A stretch of DNA of 64,000 nucleotides from an uncultured Rickettsiales bacterium (GTDB taxonomy: Bacteria > Pseudomonadota > Alphaproteobacteria > Rickettsiales > CAZAGG01): NCBI GenBank assembly GCA_964484565.1, contig CAZAGG010000004.1, forward strand, positions 73,246 through 137,245, in the 5' to 3' direction. Below the pieces are notes generated by a model. It was not told where the DNA came from, did not search any database, and was given only the letters and a program-made list of their open reading frames with translations. Numbering within the stretch: position 1 is the first letter of the stretch; each line of letters begins with the position of its first letter. A program made the position numbers and the translations under genes. This document shows, in pieces, positions 8,023-16,879 of this stretch.

Positions 8023-9848
8023 GACAGGCATTCTTCATAATTATTAGAATTACCACCCCCCACATCAGCGTAATCACCTATTGGACGGTTTTTCTTAGCA
8101 ATCAGTGACATTTCAAGCTGAAGTGGTTGCTCGATATCATGTGAAACTTTCTCAGCTCGCTGAATTGAAGTAGAGCGACAGTAATAAAGGCTTTTCAACC
8201 CCTTCTTCCATGCATCAAAATGCAGACGATGCAAGTCGCGTTTATGTATGGTCGGAGACACGAAAAGATTAACAGATTGAGCCTGACAAATATAAGGCTG
8301 CCTATCAACTGCGTGTTCAACAACCCACCTTTGATCCATCTCAGGAGCGGTTTTGAATATCATTTTTTCATGCTCACTCAAGAAATCAAGATGCTGAACT
8401 GAACCCTCATTGGTAGAGATAGAAGACCAAATTTCATCAGTGTTCATTCCCTTTGATTCAAGAAGTTCCGCAAGATGTTTATTGCGAACTACAAAAGAAC
8501 CTGTAAGCGTTTTTTGAACAAAAACGTTAGCTGCATATGGCTCAATTCCAGGTGAAGAATTACCCGCAATAATTGATATGGAAGCAGTCGGCGCGATAGC
8601 CATCTTATTAGAGAAACGTTCCATAACGCCACACTCTGCCGCATCAGGGCAAGCACCGCGCTCTTCTGCAAGTTTAACTGACGCCCCATCGACTTTTTCT
8701 TTGATGTTGGCAAATATCTTCTTATTCCACACCTTTGCCATGACAGATTCGAAGGGAATATTTTTCTCTTGAAGATATGAGTGAAAGCCCATAACACCAA
8801 GACCAACACTACGCTCACGCATTGCAGAATATTTAGCGCGACGCATTGAATCAGGAGCTTTATCTATAAAATCTTGTAAAACGTTATCAAGAAATCGCAT
8901 AACATCTTCAATGAACTGCGGTTCATCTTTCCACTCATCATAATATTCAAGATTGAGTGAGGATAGACAACAAACCGCCGTGCGCTCAACCCCAAGATGA
9001 TCAGCCCCTGTTGGCAGTGTAATTTCACTGCAAAGATTTGAGGTTTTGACCGTAAGACCTAGCTGTTTGTGATGTTCAGGAATAGCTTTATTAACATTAT
9101 CAATAAATAAAATGTATGGTTCACCAGTCTCAACCCTTGCTGTAAGAAGCCTTATCCATATAGCTCTTGCAGGCATTTCACTCATTACAGAGCCATCTTT
9201 AGGGCTTTTTAGCTGCCACATTTCATCTTTCTCAACAGCTTCCATAAATGCATCGGTTACTGCAACACCATGATGAAGATTCAATGTTTTACGGTTAGGA
9301 TCACCACCTGTGGGGCGACGCATATCCATAAATTCTTCGATTTCAGGGTGATCAATCTGCAAATAAACCGCAGCACTGCCACGACGCAAACTACCTTGCG
9401 AAATTGCATTGGTTTGTGAATCAAAGACTTTTAGAAACGGCATTATTCCAGTTGTTTTGCCATTTTTACCTACTTTTTCACCAATTGAGCGAACTCTGCC
9501 GTAAAATGTACCTATCCCTCCGCCACGAGCGGCAAGCCAAACGTTTTCGTTCCAGTTATCAACTATTCCATCTAGGCTATCGCTAACTTCATTGAGGAAG
9601 CAAGAAATAGGTAAACCCCTATTAGTTCCACCATTTGATAAAACGGGCGTTGCAGGCATAAACCACAATTTGCTTATATAGTCATATAGCCTACCTGCAT
9701 GTTCTGCATCGTCAGCATAATATCCAGCAACTCGCGCAAAAAGACTCTGAAAATCTTCATCTGGCAAAAGATAACGGTCTGCTAAAACTGCTTTACCGAA
9801 ATCGCTGAGTCGATTATCTCGCTCATAATTTACAGCCAATTCATACAT
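8013..9848 (-). CDS. nrdA: ribonucleotide-diphosphate reductase alpha subunit (class Ia R1, short form with no evident ATP-cone)
   Basis: Has the catalytic context SNLCSEITLP and the C-terminal redox tail ECLSCQ. The N-terminus (MYELAVNYERDNRLSDFGKAVLADRYLL) shows no VIKRDG-type ATP-cone. ATG 9848 is preferred over TTG 9863 because GGGGA lies about 9 nt upstream of it. Confidence 0.93.
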   Translation of the reverse strand: MYELAVNYERDNRLSDFGKAVLADRYLLPDEDFQSLFARVAGYYADDAEHAGRLYDYISKLWFMPATPVLSNGGTNRGLPISCFLNEVSDSLDGIVDNWNENVWLAARGGGIGTFYGRVRSIGEKVGKNGKTTGIMPFLKVFDSQTNAISQGSLRRGSAAVYLQIDHPEIEEFMDMRRPTGGDPNRKTLNLHHGVAVTDAFMEAVEKDEMWQLKSPKDGSVMSEMPARAIWIRLLTARVETGEPYILFIDNVNKAIPEHHKQLGLTVKTSNLCSEITLPTGADHLGVERTAVCCLSSLNLEYYDEWKDEPQFIEDVMRFLDNVLQDFIDKAPDSMRRAKYSAMRERSVGLGVMGFHSYLQEKNIPFESVMAKVWNKKIFANIKEKVDGASVKLAEERGACPDAAECGVMERFSNKMAIAPTASISIIAGNSSPGIEPYAANVFVQKTLTGSFVVRNKHLAELLESKGMNTDEIWSSISTNEGSVQHLDFLSEHEKMIFKTAPEMDQRWVVEHAVDRQPYICQAQSVNLFVSPTIHKRDLHRLHFDAWKKGLKSLYYCRSTSIQRAEKVSHDIEQPLQLEMSLIAKKNRPIGDYADVGGGNSNNYEECLSCQ

Positions 9849-9890
9849 AATCAAATTCCCCAACCCTGTAAGTTATTCTTATTACGCTAG

Positions 9891-9947
9891 ATACTATATA
9901 TTGTTGTGATTAATAATAAGTTAAACCATCAACACAACATATAGTGA
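9891..9947 (-). promoter_or_regulatory. two candidate NrdR boxes upstream of nrdA
   Basis: ATACTATATATTGTTG (9891-9906) matches the remembered NrdR consensus ACACwATATATwGTGT at 13 of 16 positions. ACACAACATATAGTGA (9932-9947) matches at 14 of 16. The boxes are 41 bp apart centre to centre and lie 43-99 bp upstream of the nrdA ATG. Confidence 0.45.
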
Positions 9948-10062
9948 TATAGCATATTCATAAAATACTGTCTATCGGCAAGCAAAAAATATATATTTCT
10001 TGTATAAGAATCAGCTATAATTTGTGCATAAAAATAACCCACAGGAGAAGGTATTGATTCCA

Positions 10063-10866
10063 ATGAAATTTAAAGTGGCCTGTCTTCAACTTAACAGCAA
10101 AGATGATGTTGATAAGAATGTTGAGAAAATAGACTCCCTTATGAAAGAGGCCACCTTACATGGTGTAAAGTTTGTAACCCTGCCTGAAAATGCTCTGAGA
10201 ATGGGATTTCCAAGCGGAGATGACTCTAATAATGAGATAAACCAAGCAACGCATGATGCAATTATCGCATGTAGACAAATGGCAAGAAATAATAAAGTGT
10301 GGATGCTTATAGGATCCGTAGCCTTTAAATCTGGGTTTGAAGCCAAGCGCTTCAACCGCTCTTTGCTTATTGATCCGCAAGGAGAGATAAAATGTCACTA
10401 CGATAAAATAAACTTATTTGATGTCGAACTTCCAAATGGTGAAAGCTACAGAGAATCAGACCGCTTCATAAGTGGCAACGAACTCAAGGTAACAGATAGT
10501 CCTTGGGGAAAAATCGGCCTAAGCATATGTTATGACCTACGCTTCCCTGAAATGTTTCGGCAAATGAACCAAATGGGTGCGAAGATTTTCACAGTTCCAG
10601 CCGCTTTTACATATACAACAGGCAAAGCACATTGGCATACATTGCTCAAAGCCAGAGCAATAGAAAATGCTGCTTATGTTATTGCACCTGCCCAATGCGG
10701 AATCCACGCAGGTGGAAGAAGAACTTACGGCCACTCACTCGTCATATCTCCATGGGGAGAGATAATAGCAGAAGGCAGCGAAAACGAAGAAGAAGTTGTA
10801 ATCACCGAAATAGATATGCATGAGGTAGAAAAAGTTAAAGCAACAATCCCGTCAACTAATTGTTAA
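10063..10866 (+). CDS. carbon-nitrogen hydrolase (nitrilase superfamily, Nit-like)
   Basis: The Glu-Lys-Cys triad contexts are FVTLPEN, YDKINLF and LSICYDLRFPE. MKFKVACLQLNS is a typical N-terminus, so ATG 10063 is preferred over GTG 10024. Confidence 0.88.
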   Translation: MKFKVACLQLNSKDDVDKNVEKIDSLMKEATLHGVKFVTLPENALRMGFPSGDDSNNEINQATHDAIIACRQMARNNKVWMLIGSVAFKSGFEAKRFNRSLLIDPQGEIKCHYDKINLFDVELPNGESYRESDRFISGNELKVTDSPWGKIGLSICYDLRFPEMFRQMNQMGAKIFTVPAAFTYTTGKAHWHTLLKARAIENAAYVIAPAQCGIHAGGRRTYGHSLVISPWGEIIAEGSENEEEVVITEIDMHEVEKVKATIPSTNC

Positions 10867-10993
10867 AAGTGCCTAAAGTGTCAATTCCGCTGCTCTTTTC
10901 GCACTACTTTGCCTTTGATATGCCTTTATTGATTGCAATAACATCTTTGACATATTGACCTCTCTATAATAGCTATTAACGTTAACTCGGAAT

Positions 10994-11210
10994 AAGGATA
11001 GAATACGCTCCTCCTTTATGGGGGAGCCAAAGAGAGCAAGGCGAAGCTGCCGCTCGATTTGGTGGGGGTACTACATGCTTTCCAACAATTCCTTTCAAAT
11101 GTTTTGAAAGGAATGCGAAAACCCCCACAGAATCGCTTTCGATTGTTACGCAATCTTAGCTCTTCCGCTCCCCCATAAAGGGGGAGCGAGTAGTGTTCTA
11201 TTTTTATCCT
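10994..11210. repeat. long imperfect palindromic element (RPE/MITE-like), family B
   Basis: About 217 bp that folds back on itself. The terminal hairpins gctcctcctttatgggggagc and gctcccccataaagggggagc are reverse complements of each other. Further pairs are tggtggggg/acccccaca, and the central ttcctttcaaa-tg-tttgaaaggaa. The ends aaggatagaatac and gttctatttttatcct resemble the ends of family A. Confidence 0.85.
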
Positions 11211-11267
11211 AATTGAGATTATTTACAAATGGTGCTACTAAAAATATTATATCAGGTTGGATATTAA

Positions 11268-12566
11268 ATGGATAAAATAAGAGTAAGGGGTGGGAAGCCT
11301 CTGATAGGCGAGATATTAATTAGTGGCGCAAAGAATGCGGCTCTTCCATTGATGGCGGCGTCTATATTAACCGATGAAGAGCTGGTTCTTACCAATCTTC
11401 CAAACCTTGCAGATATTGACACGATGACTAGCCTTATAAGCCAGCATGGGGTTAGTTGTAATTTAAAAGAAGGCGTTGGCTTTAATAGGGTAATGCGCCT
11501 CAAGGCTCCTGAAATATCCAATACTCTTGCGCCTTACGAAATTGTAAAGAAAATGCGAGCTTCTGTATTGGTTTTAGCTCCATTACTTGCAAGAGTTGGA
11601 GTTGCAAGGGTCTCTCTACCTGGTGGTTGCGCTATCGGCACAAGGCCAATCGATATGCACTTAAAAGCTCTGGAATTAATGGGAGCGGAAATAACCCTAG
11701 ATCATGGATATGTCGAAGCAAAGGTATCAGGAAGGCTAAAAGGAGCCGAGATTCACTTTGAAAAAGTTTCTGTTGGCGCGACAGAAAATACTTTAATGGC
11801 AGCTTCACTAGCTGAGGGTGAGACTATCATAACTAACGCTGCAAGAGAACCAGAAGTTACTGATCTTGCAGTATGCCTTACCAAAATGGGTGCAAAAATT
11901 GATGGCATAGGCTCTGGAAGGCTTGTAATTCAAGGTGTTGATAAGCTGCATGGAGCAGAACACAATATTATTTTTGATAGAATCGAAGCAGGAACTTTTG
12001 CAGTGGCTGCGGCTGCAACTGGAGGATGCATTACCCTTAAAGGAATTATTCCTGAGGTTATGGATACCGTATTTGATAAACTAGAAGAATGCGGGGTAAG
12101 CATTGAGCGCGGAGAGAATTTTGCCAAAATCAGCAGAGAAAACCGAGAGCTAAAGTCTTGCGATATTAATACACAGCCTTTTCCAGGATTCCCAACCGAT
12201 ATGCAAGCTCAGTTCATGGCGATGCTATCAATTGCTAATGGTGCTTCTGTTATAGTTGAGAATATCTTTGAAAATAGGTTTATGCACGTTTCAGAACTAA
12301 TGCGTATGGGTGCAAATATTACAACCAATGGAAACACCGCAATCGTAAGAGGAGTTGATGCCCTAAATGGGGCAGAAGTTATGGCAACTGATCTCAGAGC
12401 CTCTTCATCTCTTATAATTGCTGCTTTAACTGCAAATGACGAAACAATTATTGATAGAATATATCACCTAGATAGAGGATATGAGAGAATAGAAGAAAAG
12501 CTATCTGCATGTGGTGCAAACATCCAAAGAATTAAGGAAAATAAGGGAGAAGCAAAAGTTGCTTAG
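11268..12566 (+). CDS. murA: UDP-N-acetylglucosamine 1-carboxyvinyltransferase
   Basis: Has MDKIRVRGGKPLIGEILISGAKNAALPLMAAS and the active-site Cys loop LPGGCAIGTRPID. 432 aa. Confidence 0.96.
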   Translation: MDKIRVRGGKPLIGEILISGAKNAALPLMAASILTDEELVLTNLPNLADIDTMTSLISQHGVSCNLKEGVGFNRVMRLKAPEISNTLAPYEIVKKMRASVLVLAPLLARVGVARVSLPGGCAIGTRPIDMHLKALELMGAEITLDHGYVEAKVSGRLKGAEIHFEKVSVGATENTLMAASLAEGETIITNAAREPEVTDLAVCLTKMGAKIDGIGSGRLVIQGVDKLHGAEHNIIFDRIEAGTFAVAAAATGGCITLKGIIPEVMDTVFDKLEECGVSIERGENFAKISRENRELKSCDINTQPFPGFPTDMQAQFMAMLSIANGASVIVENIFENRFMHVSELMRMGANITTNGNTAIVRGVDALNGAEVMATDLRASSSLIIAALTANDETIIDRIYHLDRGYERIEEKLSACGANIQRIKENKGEAKVA

Positions 12567-13125
12567 AATTATTTCTGGAAAACACAGAGGCCGAAAGCTG
12601 ATAGTTCCTGAAAGCAAAAGCGTAAGGCCAACCACAGATAGAACGAGAGAATCAGTTTTTAATATCCTAACTCATTCAGAGTTTGCATCTGGATGTTTAG
12701 TAGGTGCAAAAGTACTTGATGTATGTTGTGGAAGCGGCGCAATGGGCTTCGAAGCGTTATCAAGGGGTGCTTCTTCAGTTACCTTTCTTGATAATTCTCC
12801 TGAAGCATTAAAAATTGTGGAACAAAATGCAAAGAGCTTGCAAGAACAATCAAATATTAGCTTTTTGAGAGCAGATGCAACTTCCCTACCTAAGGCGAAT
12901 AAACGGTTTGGACTGATATTTATCGATCCACCATATAAAGATAATCTTACTGATATTATTCTTGAGCAACTTACACAGAAAGCATGGCTGGAAGAAAATG
13001 CGATTATAATTGTAGAACAACATGAAAACTCAAAAGTTCCTTCATGTAATTTAGACTATATCGAAAGCCGTAAATATGGTAATTCAATGGTATCTTTTTT
13101 TAAGAACATCAACAACAGAGCATAA
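12559..13125 (+). CDS. rsmD: 16S rRNA (guanine966-N2)-methyltransferase RsmD
   Basis: Has LRIISGKHRGRKL..RPTTDRTRESVFNIL, VLDVCCGSGAMGFEALSRGA and the DPPY motif. The TTG start at 12559 is preceded by GGGAGA and overlaps the murA stop. The longer ORF starting at 12511 would run inside murA. Confidence 0.85.
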   Translation: MLRIISGKHRGRKLIVPESKSVRPTTDRTRESVFNILTHSEFASGCLVGAKVLDVCCGSGAMGFEALSRGASSVTFLDNSPEALKIVEQNAKSLQEQSNISFLRADATSLPKANKRFGLIFIDPPYKDNLTDIILEQLTQKAWLEENAIIIVEQHENSKVPSCNLDYIESRKYGNSMVSFFKNINNRA

Positions 13126-13128
13126 TGA

Positions 13129-13863
13129 ATGTTTTGGCCAGATGTATTAGATATAAAGAGTTTTTACTCATCAATGTTAGGAAGACTAGCAGCGAGAATT
13201 ATTAAAAACGGCCTGAAAGAACTAATTGGCGAAATAAAAGGTGAGCGAATTCTTGGAGTAGGATATTGCCCTCCATACCTTCAACCTTTTTTAGAGGATG
13301 CTGAAAGCGTATTTTGCTTTATGCCCGCCGCTCAAGGGGTAATTCACTGGCCAGCCAGCCATGCAAACAATCTTTCTTTGATGGGCGATGAACTGGAGCT
13401 TCCATTTCCAGATAATAGCATTGACATTGCAATTGTTGCTCATGCCTGCGAAAATAGCGAGCAAGTCATTGAGATGCTAGAAGAAATCTGGCGCGTTTTA
13501 GTAGCAGGAGGCAAAATATTTATAATAACGCCAAACCGCAAGGGAATATGGTCAAGGCTAGATACTACTCCATTTGGACAAGGAAAACCATATAGTCGAG
13601 GGCAGCTCAAAACCATTATGGAAAAAGCAAATTATGTATCGCTCGATTTCCGTTCAGTGCTTTATACTCCGCCAATTAATTCAACACTAGTTATGAGATT
13701 CTCTGGTTTTTTTGAAAAAATCGGCTCAAAAATGCGTGGCCTGTTTGGTGGCGTATTAATCGCTTCGGGATCAAAACAGGTATATGCCGTAATGCCTTTA
13801 CGCAAAAAGGTGCGTATGCGTCGTTATTCATACATCCCTATTCAAAATCCAGCTTTGGGATAG
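13129..13863 (+). CDS. class I SAM-dependent methyltransferase (Methyltransf_11-like)
   Basis: Has ILGVGYCPPYL, FPDNSIDIAIVAHACENSE and LVAGGKIFIITPNR. It starts 3 nt after rsmD. Confidence 0.7.
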   Translation: MFWPDVLDIKSFYSSMLGRLAARIIKNGLKELIGEIKGERILGVGYCPPYLQPFLEDAESVFCFMPAAQGVIHWPASHANNLSLMGDELELPFPDNSIDIAIVAHACENSEQVIEMLEEIWRVLVAGGKIFIITPNRKGIWSRLDTTPFGQGKPYSRGQLKTIMEKANYVSLDFRSVLYTPPINSTLVMRFSGFFEKIGSKMRGLFGGVLIASGSKQVYAVMPLRKKVRMRRYSYIPIQNPALG

Positions 13864-13872
13864 AATATCGGT

Positions 13873-14550
13873 ATGTTTGGAAAAAATCCTATAAGAAAAC
13901 CAGTTACAGGTGATGGAAGCGAACTTGACATCCAGTCAATATTTCCAACTCTTCAGGGTGAAGGAATTTATGCAGGCTTTCCATCGATTTTTGTAAGACT
14001 TGGCGGTTGCAACTTAGCTTGTAGATTCTGTGACACTGAGTTTGAAAGCTATAACACAATGAAACTAGATGAAATTATTGCCCAAGTTTCAAAAGAATCT
14101 ATAAATAGTGAAGGTGTTAGAGTTAGAAATCTGGCTGTAATTACAGGCGGTGAACCAATGCGCCAACCAATTGAGAAATTATGTGAATTACTCATTAATG
14201 ATGGCTATATGGTTCAAATAGAAACTAATGGTACTATTTACCGAAAACTTCCAAGTAGCGTTGATATAGTTTGTTCGCCAAAAGTTTCGGGCAATAAATA
14301 TCACCGCATTAGAGAAGACCTACTTCCTTCAATAAGTGCATTCAAGTTTATTATTTCAGCTCATCAGAAGGAATATTCATCTGTTCAAGATGTTGGACAA
14401 TCTGTTTATAAAACTCCAGTTTACGTTCAACCAATGGATGAATATGACGAACAAATGAATATTGCTAACACTAAACTTGCTGTTAAACTTGCTCTTGAAA
14501 ATGGCTATAGGCTATCTTTACAAACGCATAAATATCTTGGAATTGAATGA
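13873..14550 (+). CDS. queE: 7-carboxy-7-deazaguanine synthase (radical SAM)
   Basis: Has [31 protein letters not shown] (CX3CX2C cluster) and ITGGEP. It overlaps queC through ATGA. Confidence 0.9.
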   Translation: MFGKNPIRKPVTGDGSELDIQSIFPTLQGEGIYAGFPSIFVRLGGCNLACRFCDTEFESYNTMKLDEIIAQVSKESINSEGVRVRNLAVITGGEPMRQPIEKLCELLINDGYMVQIETNGTIYRKLPSSVDIVCSPKVSGNKYHRIREDLLPSISAFKFIISAHQKEYSSVQDVGQSVYKTPVYVQPMDEYDEQMNIANTKLAVKLALENGYRLSLQTHKYLGIE

Positions 14551-15224
14551 CAAAAAAAGCAGTGGTTTTGCTTAGTGGTGGTCTTGATTCAGCAACGGCG
14601 GCTTTGGTTGCAAAACAGCAAGGTTATGAGTTATTTGCGCTTAGTTTTGATTATGGACAAAGACATATCGCAGAACTTAATGCGGCAAAGCGTGTGGCTA
14701 GCTTTCTTGAAATCAAAGATCACAGAATCGCAAAAATCGACTTAAGAGTTTTTGGTGGATCAGCACTAACTGATGATATAAACGTTCCTAAAAATAGAAG
14801 TGAGGATGAAATATCACACGGAATTCCAGTCACTTATGTTCCTGCGAGAAATACGATATTTCTTTCCTTTGCACTTGCCTTTGCCGAAACAGTTGGAGCT
14901 TATGATATCTTCATTGGTGTTAATGTTCTTGATTATAGTGGCTATCCTGATTGTCGGCCTGAATACATTCAGGCATTCGAGAAAATGGCAAATCTCGCAA
15001 CTAAACAGTCGGTTGAAAGCTCTGTTGGTATAAAAATTAATACCCCCTTGATAGAGCTAACAAAGGCAGAAATCATTAAGCTAGGAACTTCATTGGGGAT
15101 GGATTATTCGTTAACTCTAAGTTGTTATGACCCATCAGATGATGGAAAACACTGCGAAATCTGTGATTCCTGCAAGTTACGCAAAAAAGGCTTCATTGAA
15201 GCTGGAATGACTGAAAAGGTATAG
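14547..15224 (+). CDS. queC: 7-cyano-7-deazaguanine (preQ0) synthase
   Basis: Has the PP-loop [14 protein letters not shown] and the C-terminal Zn cysteines [20 protein letters not shown]. Confidence 0.93.
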   Translation: MTKKAVVLLSGGLDSATAALVAKQQGYELFALSFDYGQRHIAELNAAKRVASFLEIKDHRIAKIDLRVFGGSALTDDINVPKNRSEDEISHGIPVTYVPARNTIFLSFALAFAETVGAYDIFIGVNVLDYSGYPDCRPEYIQAFEKMANLATKQSVESSVGIKINTPLIELTKAEIIKLGTSLGMDYSLTLSCYDPSDDGKHCEICDSCKLRKKGFIEAGMTEKV

Positions 15225-15231
15225 TGATAAT

Positions 15232-16164
15232 ATGAAGTTAGCAGTTATTGGCGCGGGAAGGTTCGGCAAAAACTTCATAAGAACTATAAATTCATCTGAT
15301 AACTATAGTTTAATAGCCATTGCTAGCAACAATCCAGAAACTGACGCATTGATTACTGATAGCTGTACAATATATAAAGACTGGAAGCTGATGCTTGAAA
15401 AAGCGGAGGCTGATGCGGTTATTATTACGACCCCACCCTCACTTCACGCTGAAATGAGTATTTATGCACTCCGTCAGGGGATATCTGTGTTATGCGAAAA
15501 GCCAGTAACTTTAGATACAAAGCAGGCTGAGAAAATAAAAGAGGAAATATTAAAGTTAAAAAAAACATCGTCTAAGTATCCAATATTTCAGATAGATCAC
15601 ATCTATACTCATAATCCAGCATTTAGGGCGTTATGTGAAAATATTGAATTGGTCGGCGAGATAAATAAAATCGAATCAATAGGCGGCAACTACGGGCCTT
15701 TCAGAGATGATACCCCAATGTTATATGACTATGCCCCCCACGATGTTTCGATGATTTTAAAAATTGTTGGCTCATTAAAACCTAACAAGACATTATGCCT
15801 TTCACGCAAAAGAGCGGAAAATGGTTCTGGTGAGGAAGTAAAATTTGCCATGTATTTTGAAAACAAGCCTTTCACTGCAACAGTCACAGCAAGTAATATA
15901 CACCATGAAAAGGTTAGATGTCTCAAAGTTCACGGCTCAAAAGGTATATTAGAATTTGATGAACTTGCTAATCATAAGCTATCATTTATTGATAACGACA
16001 ATATCAAACGACAAATAGACTATGATTCAACAATGCCGCTTGATGAGGTTTTAAGAGTATTCACATCTAATATAAAAAATCTTAGTAACTCAGAAAAAGA
16101 AAAGCTATCTCTCGAAGAAATTAATCTAGGAATATCCGTCATAGAAATAATCTCTATGGTTTAG
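15232..16164 (+). CDS. Gfo/Idh/MocA family NAD(P)-dependent oxidoreductase
   Basis: Has the Rossmann N-terminus MKLAVIGAGRFGKNF and the EKP motif (VLCEKPVTL). It starts 7 nt after queC. Confidence 0.8.
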   Translation: MKLAVIGAGRFGKNFIRTINSSDNYSLIAIASNNPETDALITDSCTIYKDWKLMLEKAEADAVIITTPPSLHAEMSIYALRQGISVLCEKPVTLDTKQAEKIKEEILKLKKTSSKYPIFQIDHIYTHNPAFRALCENIELVGEINKIESIGGNYGPFRDDTPMLYDYAPHDVSMILKIVGSLKPNKTLCLSRKRAENGSGEEVKFAMYFENKPFTATVTASNIHHEKVRCLKVHGSKGILEFDELANHKLSFIDNDNIKRQIDYDSTMPLDEVLRVFTSNIKNLSNSEKEKLSLEEINLGISVIEIISMV

Positions 16165-16183
16165 CTTTTATAACGCCAATGCT

Positions 16184-16879
16184 TTAAACATTATGTTCTA
16201 ATCTATAGCCTATACCTGCTTCGTTATGTATATATTGGTCACGAATTTTGTCTTTCTCAATCTTTTGTCTGAGTTGTCTGATATATATTCTTAGATATTG
16301 CGTATCATCCCCATAAAGATTACCCCATAACTCTTTTATAAGTTGTTTATGCGTTACTACTTTTCCTGCATTCTTCATCAATATGGTAAGAAGCTGATAT
16401 TCTTTAGGGGTTAGACTAATTCTTTGATTTTTAAATAATACTTTATGTGCCATTAAATCAATTTTTAAATCTCCAACCTGTATTTCAGTATCTTCGAACT
16501 CTTTAATCACATGATCTCGCATATGTGATCTTATCCGTGCCATAAGCTCCGCCATCCCAAATGGTTTAGTTACATAGTCGTTTGCACCAATATCAAATGC
16601 CCTTACTTTCTCTGCTTCATCTTTTCTCACAGATAATATAATCACAGGAACTTTACTGAATTCTCTAATGGTTCGTAAAACATCAAAACCAGATATATCG
16701 GGCAATCCTATGTCTAAAATAACAATATCTGGCTTTTGAATGGTTAATTCTCTAATTCCGCTTTTGCCATCAACGGCTTCAATCGCCTCGTAATCATGAC
16801 TTTTGATAGCTATTTTGAGAAATCTTCTAATCTCTATTTCGTCATCTATAATTAATATCTTCTTATGAATGTTACTCAC
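16184..16879 (-). CDS. OmpR-family response regulator (KdpE-like)
   Basis: Has a receiver domain (ILIIDDE, VILDIGLPDISG, YVTKPF) and a winged-helix output domain (LTPKEYQLLTIL..GYRL). It has a 4-bp overlap with the upstream kinase gene. Confidence 0.88.
   Translation of the reverse strand: MSNIHKKILIIDDEIEIRRFLKIAIKSHDYEAIEAVDGKSGIRELTIQKPDIVILDIGLPDISGFDVLRTIREFSKVPVIILSVRKDEAEKVRAFDIGANDYVTKPFGMAELMARIRSHMRDHVIKEFEDTEIQVGDLKIDLMAHKVLFKNQRISLTPKEYQLLTILMKNAGKVVTHKQLIKELWGNLYGDDTQYLRIYIRQLRQKIEKDKIRDQYIHNEAGIGYRLEHNV

Noticed and set aside
12511-12558. Upstream extension of rsmD into the murA 3' end.
   Set aside because: The extension (MVQTSKELRKIREKQKL) is the murA 3' end read in another frame. 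The TTG at 12559 with GGGAGA upstream gives the conserved RsmD N-terminus (LRIISGK..).
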